Shown here: in pieces, positions 55,951 to 64,000 of the stretch
Layout: each line of letters starts with the position of its first letter
Position numbering within the stretch: position 1 is the stretch's first letter
Virus record (IMG/VR): IMGVR_UViG_3300025788_000001
Span: 3,074 to 67,073 of that record
DNA length: 64,000 nt
DNA from: a virus
Reading direction: 5' to 3' (one strand)
The notes under the pieces: generated by a model
Seen by the model: only the letters and a program-made list of their open reading frames with translations
Database searches by the model: none
Told to the model about the DNA's origin: nothing
Made by a program: the position numbers and the translations under genes

Positions 55951-58521
55951 ATGCCATTACAAAAACTACAATTTAGACCCGGACTTAACAGAGAAGGCAC
56001 TGATTACAGTAATGAAGGCGGGTGGTTTGACGGCGACAAGATTCGTTTCCGTTCTGGCTTTCCTGAAAAAATTGGTGGTTGGGCACGGTTATCTAGTAAT
56101 ACGTTTTTAGGTGTTTGTCGTGACTTATGGAATTGGGTAGATTTAGCGGGTAATAACTATGTTGGCGTTGGCACTAACCTTAAATACTATATCGAAGCTG
56201 GCGGTAATTATAACGACATTACTCCTTTTACAGTTATCCACACGCTTACTAACCCACTTTCAACTGTTAGTGGCAGCGCAACATTAACAATCACAGACTC
56301 TACTTACCAACCTAATATTGGCGATTATATTGTTATTTCAGGTGCTACTAGTTTTAACGGCGTTACTGCTACTACATTAAATAAAGAGTGGGTTATAGCG
56401 TCAATAACGTCAAATACCACATTTACAGTAACCCTTCCATATACTGCCTCTGGGACCGGTTCTGGCGGCGGTAGTGCTTGTGTAATTAGCTATGAGCTTC
56501 CTGTAGGTAATAACTCCTATACAACAGGTAACGGTTGGGGTGCAGGTTCTTGGTCACCTACAATTCCTCAAACATTAACAAACCCATTTTCTACAACTAG
56601 TGGTAGCGGTACTGTAACAGTTACACAGACTGGGCATGGTTATTTAACCACCGCTGGGTCATTTATAGTAGGGCAACAATACAAGATTGTTTCTGTTGGA
56701 ACTACCGATTTTATAGCTATTGGCGCTTCTGCTAATACAGTAGGCACTTTGTTTACGGCATCTGGTGTAGGTGCTGGCACGGGTACGGCTTCTATTGGTT
56801 GGGTAGCCTTTAGAGATATTACAGTTACTGTGGGTGGTGTTCCTACTGCATTGATGAACAATACATTCCAGATTACCTATGTTGATGCTAATACATATAC
56901 TATTAAAACCAACGGTAATACAGGTACTTTTTTAGCTACTTCTACTACGTCTGGTGTAGGTGGTTCTGTAACTTTATATCCCCAATATGGCGCTCGTGGT
57001 TGGAGTCAAGCGGCAGCTACATCTAGTGTTGGACAGCAGTTACGCTTATGGACTAGTGATAACTATGGCCAAGACCTTGTGTTAGCTCCACGTGGAAGCG
57101 GTATTTTCTATTGGCAAGATGCTAACGGTGTTGGTACTAGGGCGCAGCTTCTTAGCACCTTAGCTACATTTAAAGGCTATTTAGGTCAGTACGTTCCTAA
57201 CCAAACCAATCAAGTTCTTTCTTCTGCTATTCAGCGGTTTGTTATTGCTATGGGGGCTAACTCGTACCAATCTGGGTTATCGACCACTCCATTTAACCCA
57301 ATGCTTGTTCGTTGGTCTGACCAGCAAAATCCCTACCAATGGGTACCTGACATTACAAACCAATCGGGCGAATTTACTTTAACTAATGGCTCTTACATTG
57401 TTGGCGCACGTGCAACCCGCCAAGAGATTTTGATTTGGACTGATTCTGCTCTTTATTCTATGCAGTACTTAGGTGCTCCTTATGTTTGGGGCTTCCAGAT
57501 TTTGATGGATAACATTTCTGTTATATCTCCTGACGCTATGGTTACAGTTAACAACGTAACTTACTGGATGGGTCAAGAGAAGTTCTATATGTATTCTGGT
57601 CGTGTTGAAACACTTCCATGCTCCTTGCGTCAGTTTATTTTTGATGATATTAACCCAGCACAAAACTTCCAAGTATTTGCAGGTGCTAATGAAGGATATA
57701 ACGAAGTGTGGTGGTATTACGTAAGTAATGAGAGCGTTGATGGATTACCTGATAAGTACGTAATCTATAACTACTTAGACCGTGTTTGGTATTACGGCAC
57801 TATGGCTCGTTCTGCTTGGCTAGGTTCCGGTATTCAAACTTATCCGTTGGCTGCTAACTACCTAAATTCAGCTTCATTTAAAGGCTATATTTCTGGTTAC
57901 ACTTTGTATGTAACTAATATATCCTCGGGTAGTATTTCTCTGGATACAACTATTAGCGGTTCTGGGGTTACTGCGGGTACTACTATTGTTAGCTATGGCA
58001 CTGGTAATGGTGGCACGGGAACTTATAACTTAAGCACCGCCCAGACTGTTGGAACAATTACAGCCCCCATCACAATGACGTCAGCCGGTGGTTTTGGTTA
58101 CTTATTACAGCATGAAAACGGTGTAGACGATAACGCAGGTTTAACTACACGTCCAATTAACTCTTATGTACAATCTTCGGACTTTGATATTGGCGATGGA
58201 CACAATTTTGGATTTGTATGGCGTATTCTCCCTGACGTTAACTTTAATGGTTCTACTACTAACCAGCCGTCTGTAACAATGACGGTTAAGCCTAGAGAAA
58301 ACTCAGGTACTCCATATGGTACAGCGGATAACCCAGCCGTTACTAGTACGCAAAACTACACAAATACTAGGGTCTATAACGTACAACAGTTTGATGGTCA
58401 AGTTTATACCCGCCTTAGGGGTCGCCAGATGAGCTTTAGGATTGAGTCTGGTGGACAGACAGGTGTTACATGGCAGCTAGGTAGCCCACGTATTGATATA
58501 CGCCCTGACGGAAGAAGATAA
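55951..58521 (+). CDS. Tail nozzle/tubular protein (P22 gp10-like) with inserted beta domains
   Basis: PEKIGGW, VRWSDQ, EILIWTD, FYMYSG.V..LPC, EVWW; ends RPDGRR. Confidence 0.7.
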   Translation: MPLQKLQFRPGLNREGTDYSNEGGWFDGDKIRFRSGFPEKIGGWARLSSNTFLGVCRDLWNWVDLAGNNYVGVGTNLKYYIEAGGNYNDITPFTVIHTLTNPLSTVSGSATLTITDSTYQPNIGDYIVISGATSFNGVTATTLNKEWVIASITSNTTFTVTLPYTASGTGSGGGSACVISYELPVGNNSYTTGNGWGAGSWSPTIPQTLTNPFSTTSGSGTVTVTQTGHGYLTTAGSFIVGQQYKIVSVGTTDFIAIGASANTVGTLFTASGVGAGTGTASIGWVAFRDITVTVGGVPTALMNNTFQITYVDANTYTIKTNGNTGTFLATSTTSGVGGSVTLYPQYGARGWSQAAATSSVGQQLRLWTSDNYGQDLVLAPRGSGIFYWQDANGVGTRAQLLSTLATFKGYLGQYVPNQTNQVLSSAIQRFVIAMGANSYQSGLSTTPFNPMLVRWSDQQNPYQWVPDITNQSGEFTLTNGSYIVGARATRQEILIWTDSALYSMQYLGAPYVWGFQILMDNISVISPDAMVTVNNVTYWMGQEKFYMYSGRVETLPCSLRQFIFDDINPAQNFQVFAGANEGYNEVWWYYVSNESVDGLPDKYVIYNYLDRVWYYGTMARSAWLGSGIQTYPLAANYLNSASFKGYISGYTLYVTNISSGSISLDTTISGSGVTAGTTIVSYGTGNGGTGTYNLSTAQTVGTITAPITMTSAGGFGYLLQHENGVDDNAGLTTRPINSYVQSSDFDIGDGHNFGFVWRILPDVNFNGSTTNQPSVTMTVKPRENSGTPYGTADNPAVTSTQNYTNTRVYNVQQFDGQVYTRLRGRQMSFRIESGGQTGVTWQLGSPRIDIRPDGRR

Positions 58522-58838
58522 TGGCTACAACTAAAACAAACATAGTACCGTCAAAAGCACCTAACTTACCGATTGCCCCAGTAGAGTATGCGCAATCGTA
58601 TCAGGACCAGCTTAACAACGCATTTCGCTTATACTTTACACAGATAGATAACGTAACCCAGTATATATCAGCGCAGACTGTTGTTTATACGGTAGCTACT
58701 CTACCTACTGTTGGAATTGTGGGCCGTAGACTGTTTGTTTCAGATGCTACAAGTACTAGCTTTGGTACTACAGCGACTGGCGGAGGTACTAATCCAGTAC
58801 CTGTTTTTGATAACGGAACCGCTTGGATTATAGGATAA
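58521..58838 (+). CDS. Small tail protein sharing its C-terminal domain with the 46728 fibre
   Basis: APNLP..RLYF N-terminus; YTVATLP..FVSDAT..GGG.NPVPV..W.IG. Confidence 0.6.
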   Translation: MATTKTNIVPSKAPNLPIAPVEYAQSYQDQLNNAFRLYFTQIDNVTQYISAQTVVYTVATLPTVGIVGRRLFVSDATSTSFGTTATGGGTNPVPVFDNGTAWIIG

Positions 58839-58850
58839 CCGTGGTAAAAT
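58823..58850 (+). promoter_or_regulatory. Possible extended -10 promoter for the ejection genes
   Basis: TTGGAT-16 bp-TAAAAT with TGn. Confidence 0.4.
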
Positions 58851-58873
58851 CGGTAAAAAGTAAAGGATAGATT

Positions 58874-60358
58874 ATGGCTGGCGGCGGAAGTTCTGGTGGT
58901 TTTGAAAGTTATTTACCAATAGCTGCGGCGTTGGCTGCAACTGTTATGACTGATGGCGCAGCTGCGCCTATGCTATTTGAAGATGGGGCCCTAATGGGGT
59001 CTACTGCGCTTGCCTCGGGCGTTACCGGAGCTGGTATTGGAGCTTTAACAGGTGGTGGTGTAGCCGCTCTTACAGGTCAAAATGTAGGGATGAATGCCCT
59101 TATGGGTGGTTTAGGTGGAGCCGCTTTGGGTGGTTCTGGCTTGTACATGGGGGCTGGCGACTTAGCCGCTGGCGCTCCGACAGCTCTTTCTGCTTCTGGT
59201 GCCCCCGTTTCTGGGGCTGTAGCTGGGGCAGATACTGCTGGAATGCAAGCTGGTTCAAATGCCCTTTTAAATGCCGGATACTCTATGCCAGTTACTTCTG
59301 GCGCGGAACTTGGTACATTAACCCCGCAAGCTTTAAGCCAAGGTGTAGCAGCAGGTCAAATCCCTATGGATGCCGCAAACGTGTACGGCCAGGCTTACAC
59401 AAATGCTTTTGCTAATGTGCCTGCAAACTCAGTACTTGGTGCCGCCGGCACTGGTACAGCCCCGTTAGGTTTTGGTGCTAAAGCTGCTTTAGGTGGTTTA
59501 GGTTTAAGCGCGCTTATAGCCCAAAATAATAAGAGATACGGTACGCCCGCAAGTGCTCAGACCCCATACACTGGTGGTAACTTAGCTAAATTTAAATACG
59601 ACCCAAATCAGTATTCGCCTGATGTAGTTCAACCCCCACGCCCACCATATCAAGCCGATTATTCTGGATATGCAAGGCCGCCCGGTTATGCTGGCGGTGG
59701 TTTATTAGACCCAAATTCTGAACCCGTAGATTTTATGGGTGGCGGTATGTATCCACAAAGTCAAATTTCTAAACCCCAATACGCACAGTCTTCACAAATG
59801 CCTATGGCTGCGCAAGCAGTAGCTGCAGACTACGATCCAAAAACTAACCCAATTACAGGCGAACCTGTAGCTACTATGGCCGGTGGCGGTACCGGTGCAG
59901 ACGCCCTTAAAGATTTAATGGGTAGCCGAGATGCAATGGATAAATATACACTCCAATATGCACAAGAAGGTGGTCCAGCGGCATTAGCAGCTAAAGCACA
60001 GGGTGGCGACTATAATGCTATGCTTGCTTTAAAGAAACTACGCGGCACACCTAACGCAAACTATGCTGGCGGTGGTATTGCTAACTTAGGCGGATACTCT
60101 GATGGCGGTCGTATGCTAAAAGGTCCTGGTGACGGTATGAGCGACTCTATTCCTGCTAGTATTCAAGGTAAACAACCAGCCCGTCTTGCTGATAATGAGT
60201 TTGTAGTACCCGCCGATGTTGTGTCTCATTTAGGTAATGGGTCTTCGGATGCTGGCGCTAAAAAACTGTATGCGATGATGAACAAAGTAAGACAGGCAAG
60301 AACTGGTAAAGCTAAGCAAGCTCCTGCAATTAAAGCTGACAAATACATGCCAGCATGA
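58874..60358 (+). CDS. Internal virion/ejection protein
   Basis: G/A-rich hydrophobic N-terminus; GPGDGMSDSIPA..RLADNEFVVPADVV. Confidence 0.65.
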   Translation: MAGGGSSGGFESYLPIAAALAATVMTDGAAAPMLFEDGALMGSTALASGVTGAGIGALTGGGVAALTGQNVGMNALMGGLGGAALGGSGLYMGAGDLAAGAPTALSASGAPVSGAVAGADTAGMQAGSNALLNAGYSMPVTSGAELGTLTPQALSQGVAAGQIPMDAANVYGQAYTNAFANVPANSVLGAAGTGTAPLGFGAKAALGGLGLSALIAQNNKRYGTPASAQTPYTGGNLAKFKYDPNQYSPDVVQPPRPPYQADYSGYARPPGYAGGGLLDPNSEPVDFMGGGMYPQSQISKPQYAQSSQMPMAAQAVAADYDPKTNPITGEPVATMAGGGTGADALKDLMGSRDAMDKYTLQYAQEGGPAALAAKAQGGDYNAMLALKKLRGTPNANYAGGGIANLGGYSDGGRMLKGPGDGMSDSIPASIQGKQPARLADNEFVVPADVVSHLGNGSSDAGAKKLYAMMNKVRQARTGKAKQAPAIKADKYMPA

Positions 60359-60768
60359 GCCTCTTAATTCGCCATGTTCCCATTCAATATGTTAATCAAG
60401 CCTGGCCTTTGGTTAAAGAATATATTGCGGATGCTGTCCAGTATGGTGGTGACGATTATACGGTGGAGCAAGTCCAAGTTTATTTGGCCACAGGACAGTG
60501 GCTCTTGGTTGTGGCAGCAGATGAATCCGGGGCAGTTAAAGGAGCGGCGACTATTAACTTTTGTAACTATCCTAATGATCGGGTGGCTTTTGTTACATTT
60601 ATTGGCGGTCGTTTAATATCTAACCAAGATACTTTTAAGCAGTTTAAAGATTTGCTAAAGGCTAATGGAGCGACTAAAATACAAGGTGCAGCAAGAGAAG
60701 CAATTGCCCGCTTGTGGAGTCGTTATGGGTTTGAAGAGCGGTACATTATTGTAGAGACAAAAATATGA
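60355..60768 (+). CDS. GNAT-like protein of the ejection module
   Basis: Size, position and alpha/beta pattern. Confidence 0.45.
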   Translation: MSLLIRHVPIQYVNQAWPLVKEYIADAVQYGGDDYTVEQVQVYLATGQWLLVVAADESGAVKGAATINFCNYPNDRVAFVTFIGGRLISNQDTFKQFKDLLKANGATKIQGAAREAIARLWSRYGFEERYIIVETKI

Positions 60769-62117
60769 GATATACACTAGATTCTATGTTGCCTGAAAAG
60801 GCTTTTTCCCCGCGCTTAGGCCGTGGCTTTGGGGCCGGCGGAATGACATTAGAGGGTGGTGGTGGCCAAAGTGCCCCCGCCCCCGCTGCAGCTCAACCTA
60901 CTACAACAAACGTTCAAAATACTAACATTCCAGAATACGCCCGTCCCTATGTAGAGACGATGCTTGGCGCTACTCAGCAGCAATTATTTAACACCTCTCA
61001 AAATGCAGATGGTTCTACTCAAATTACTGGCGTAAAACCATACGTACCGTATAGCCAGAATCCACAAGATTACGTTGCAGGCTTTAGCCCAATGCAACAA
61101 GCTGCCCAAGAATCTACGGCTAATCTTCAAACTCCTGACCAATATGGTGCTGCTACACAAATGACTGGTATGGGCGGACTAGGCACTCTTGGTACTGCTG
61201 GTCAAGAAGCACAAGCGGGTAATCGTTACAACCAGATGGCAACAAACCCATACGCTACTCAAGCGTTCATGAGCCCATATATTCAGGCTTCTTTACAGCC
61301 GCAGTTGCAAGAATTGCAACGTCAATACGGGATTACTGGAGCACAAGAGCAAGGCGCGGCAACTACTGCTGGGGCTTTTGGCGGTTCACGTGAAGCTTTA
61401 ATGGCTGCCGAAAATGAGCGTAATAAAAATACGGCGATGAATCAAGCAATTGGTCAAGGCTATAACACCGCATTCCAGTCGGCTCAACAAGCTCAACAAT
61501 TTGGTGCTAACTTAGGTTTGCAAGGGCAACAAGCAGCTCAGGCTGGCTATGGTCAACTAGGTCAACTTGGTGGTCAAATGGCTGGTATTGGTGGCCAACA
61601 GTTTCAAACCCAACAAGGCATTATTGCGGCTCAAAGCCAAGCTGGTCAGCAACAACAGACACAGCAGCAAAACATCATTAATCAGGCAATTCAAAACTAC
61701 GCTACTGCACAGCAGTACCCACAACAACAGTTGTCTTTTATGAATGCAATGCTCCGTGGTTTGCCAACACAACAGTCTACTACTAATGGTTATCAGGCGG
61801 CTCCAAGCACGCTCAATCAGATTACTGGTCTAGGCATTGCTGGACTAGGCGCGTACAATGCCTTTGGCGGAGGCGCTGCCGCTGCTTCAGATATTAATTT
61901 AAAAGAAAATGTAGTGCTCTTGTGGCGCGCTGATAACGGTGTGGGTATATACGAGTTTGAGTACAAACCTGAATTTAAAGACCACGAGTTATGTGGACAC
62001 GGTAAGTTTATTGGTTACGTGGCTCAAGAAGTTGAGAAGTTTATGCCTGAAGCTGTCTTTACTATGGACAATGGTTACAAAGCCGTTAATTACGATATGG
62101 TTGGGAGGGCTGCATAA
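60765..62117 (+). CDS. Ejection/DNA-transfer protein with C-terminal peptidase S74 chaperone domain
   Basis: Q-rich body, GAFGGSR; SDINLKEN..IYEFEYK..GYVAQEVE..PEAV..VNY. Confidence 0.75.
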   Translation: MRYTLDSMLPEKAFSPRLGRGFGAGGMTLEGGGGQSAPAPAAAQPTTTNVQNTNIPEYARPYVETMLGATQQQLFNTSQNADGSTQITGVKPYVPYSQNPQDYVAGFSPMQQAAQESTANLQTPDQYGAATQMTGMGGLGTLGTAGQEAQAGNRYNQMATNPYATQAFMSPYIQASLQPQLQELQRQYGITGAQEQGAATTAGAFGGSREALMAAENERNKNTAMNQAIGQGYNTAFQSAQQAQQFGANLGLQGQQAAQAGYGQLGQLGGQMAGIGGQQFQTQQGIIAAQSQAGQQQQTQQQNIINQAIQNYATAQQYPQQQLSFMNAMLRGLPTQQSTTNGYQAAPSTLNQITGLGIAGLGAYNAFGGGAAAASDINLKENVVLLWRADNGVGIYEFEYKPEFKDHELCGHGKFIGYVAQEVEKFMPEAVFTMDNGYKAVNYDMVGRAA

Positions 62118-63556
62118 TGTTAGGTATGGACCAAATGTATAAGATGGCGCTTGATCCGCGTATCTATCCTGACTCACGCTTGCTTTCTATTATGCAAGGC
62201 AAAGACCAGTCTCTTCCTATGGCTATCGCCATGGCCGCCAAACAACAACGCGATAAATTACACGCAGCAGCTCAGGGGCAACAGGCTCAACAAGGCGCTA
62301 AACAGCCGTCTGTAAAAGACCAAATGTTAGCTAAAGATTTACCCCCAGAACACTCTGGCCTAGCTGCGTTACCTGCTGAAAATATGCATGAGATGGGTAG
62401 TGAACAAATGATGGCCGGTGGTGGTATTGTTGCATTTGATGATAACCAAAACCAACCTGTAGAACTAGGTATGGACGGCGATGCTGCTCCATTAACTGAA
62501 GAACAAATGATTAACGCCGCTGGCGGTCGCGGTACGAAAAAGTCGCAAGAAGAAATTAAAAAAGCCATAAAAGAACAGAACGCTGGAGTTAGTTCTGGAG
62601 TTAGCAGTTTGTTGAATTTTCCTGGAAAAGCATTACAGTCCACTAAAGACTGGATGTACTCAGACCCACAAGATAAAATTCTAAGTAAAGCTCAAGCTGG
62701 CACTTTAACCCAAGCAGACTTGACCCCACCAACAAATCCAAATTTAGTTTCACAAGGCGCTGTAGCAAATCGTGATGCGTATAGAAGCGCTCCAGCAGTT
62801 CCGGCAATAACCCCTGAAATGCAAGCTGAAATAGACAAGCAATCAGCAGCAAACCCACCAGGCGGGCAAAAAGCCCCTGGGGGTGTAGGTACACCTCCAG
62901 CAGTAGCCCCAGGTGCACAACCACCAGCCGGTATTGGTGAACCGCCCAAGCGTGTTGATAGATTTGCTGGTTTAGGCGAAACTCAAGAAACGTTTGATAA
63001 AAAACTAGCCGCTGAGCAAAATGCTGGAAAAAGCGAATTTTTAATGAACATGGGCCTTAAGATGATGACCACTGTCGGCCCGCTCGGTAAGGCTATTGGT
63101 GAAGGGGGTATTGCTGGTTTACCTAGCCTATCCGCAAGCCGTAAAACTATTCGTGAACTTGAGAAAAATCGTACCGATTACCAGCTTAATATGGCTAAAG
63201 CTCAAACAGCAGCTGACGAAGGTAACGACGATCTGGCGTATAAATATAAAGCTCTGGCAGAAAAAACAGCCCATGATGCAGGTATGCTGGCTGTTGAAAA
63301 AACAAAAGCTGGTGCGTACGCAAATGCTATTGGTACCAAGCAAGATGTGGCGGATCAGCGCCGTGAAACCTCTATTATGGGTATTGCCAAAGGTTTGCTT
63401 GAGAAAAACATGAAATACAACATGCCAAATACCAAACCAGAAGAACGCCAAGCTATGGAACAAGCAGCTATTAATTCGGCCGTTAACATGTATAATAGCG
63501 CTAGTACCGCTACAAAAGGTAGCGCTGGGTTCAAATATTTAGGCAAAGAAACTTAA
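62117..63556 (+). CDS. Internal virion/ejection protein
   Basis: MAGGGIVAF motif; position within the ejection cluster. Confidence 0.6.
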   Translation: MLGMDQMYKMALDPRIYPDSRLLSIMQGKDQSLPMAIAMAAKQQRDKLHAAAQGQQAQQGAKQPSVKDQMLAKDLPPEHSGLAALPAENMHEMGSEQMMAGGGIVAFDDNQNQPVELGMDGDAAPLTEEQMINAAGGRGTKKSQEEIKKAIKEQNAGVSSGVSSLLNFPGKALQSTKDWMYSDPQDKILSKAQAGTLTQADLTPPTNPNLVSQGAVANRDAYRSAPAVPAITPEMQAEIDKQSAANPPGGQKAPGGVGTPPAVAPGAQPPAGIGEPPKRVDRFAGLGETQETFDKKLAAEQNAGKSEFLMNMGLKMMTTVGPLGKAIGEGGIAGLPSLSASRKTIRELEKNRTDYQLNMAKAQTAADEGNDDLAYKYKALAEKTAHDAGMLAVEKTKAGAYANAIGTKQDVADQRRETSIMGIAKGLLEKNMKYNMPNTKPEERQAMEQAAINSAVNMYNSASTATKGSAGFKYLGKET

Positions 63557-63565
63557 GGTTAAGTT

Positions 63566-64000
63566 ATGGCGATATACCGCGTTGAAGGTCCCGATGGCTC
63601 AATCCACCGAATTGAAGGACCCGATGGGGCAACGCCTAAACAAGTAGAAGCTTTTGCCCACCAACAATTTGCAGCTCAATCTGCTCCTGTGGCGGCTATA
63701 TCAAATGAACCACCCCCAGATACAGGGTTTACAGGCGCTTTAAAGTCTAGCGCTGAACAGATCCAAGCAGACTACGAACGTTTAAAAGGCAAGCTAGGCG
63801 TTAAATCTACCGAAGAAGCCGAAGCAGAAGCTAAGAAACACGAAGAAAAAGCATCTAAAGTATTTAAGCCTACTGAAGAAGGTTGGCTTGAAGCTCCTTG
63901 GACTAAATTAAAAGAGACTGCTGGTGGCTCTTTGCCATACATGGCGTTGCCTGTGGCTGCTGGTGCTACTGCACTTGCTCTTCCTGAAGCTGCAGCGGCA
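63566..64000 (+). CDS. N-terminus of a probable large internal virion protein (3'-truncated)
   Basis: MAIYRVEGPDGSIHRIEGPDGATP...; frame is open to the window end. Confidence 0.65.
   Translation, partial: MAIYRVEGPDGSIHRIEGPDGATPKQVEAFAHQQFAAQSAPVAAISNEPPPDTGFTGALKSSAEQIQADYERLKGKLGVKSTEEAEAEAKKHEEKASKVFKPTEEGWLEAPWTKLKETAGGSLPYMALPVAAGATALALPEAAAA

Noticed and set aside
1-64000. Integrated prophage or att sites; virion RNA polymerase
   Set aside because: No integrase, host genes or RNA polymerase motifs were recognised in the window.

Overview
The window holds most of a tailed dsDNA phage genome, probably podovirus-like with a Gram-negative host, in two opposed arms. The minus strand (~3.9-28.8 kb) carries replication and early genes: primase-helicase, SSB-like protein, SNF2 helicase, DUF5664 hydrolase, PD-(D/E)XK exonuclease, family-A DNA polymerase, VRR-NUC, an ATP-grasp/GATase/amidoligase cluster and many small ORFs. 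The plus strand (29.5-64 kb, plus 1-3.9 kb) carries terminase, portal, GroES, scaffold, capsid, tail and fibre, lysis and ejection genes. I saw no integrase, RNA polymerase, reverse transcriptase, canonical tRNA or CRISPR array. The most notable signals are: (1) a radical SAM/SPASM enzyme in the tail module, two genes after a fibre ending in CNCNCACDC; (2) a mosaic gene family built from shared DNA modules and joined by a repeated SD/stop/start junction; (3) a strand-polarised 11-mer, GATGACCGTAG; (4) eight palindromic GGACAG-N4-CTGTCC sites beside two tandem 47-aa HTH paralogs; (5) an unlisted secreted six-Cys miniprotein and two candidate structured RNAs. All product calls come from motifs recognised by eye; no searches were run.
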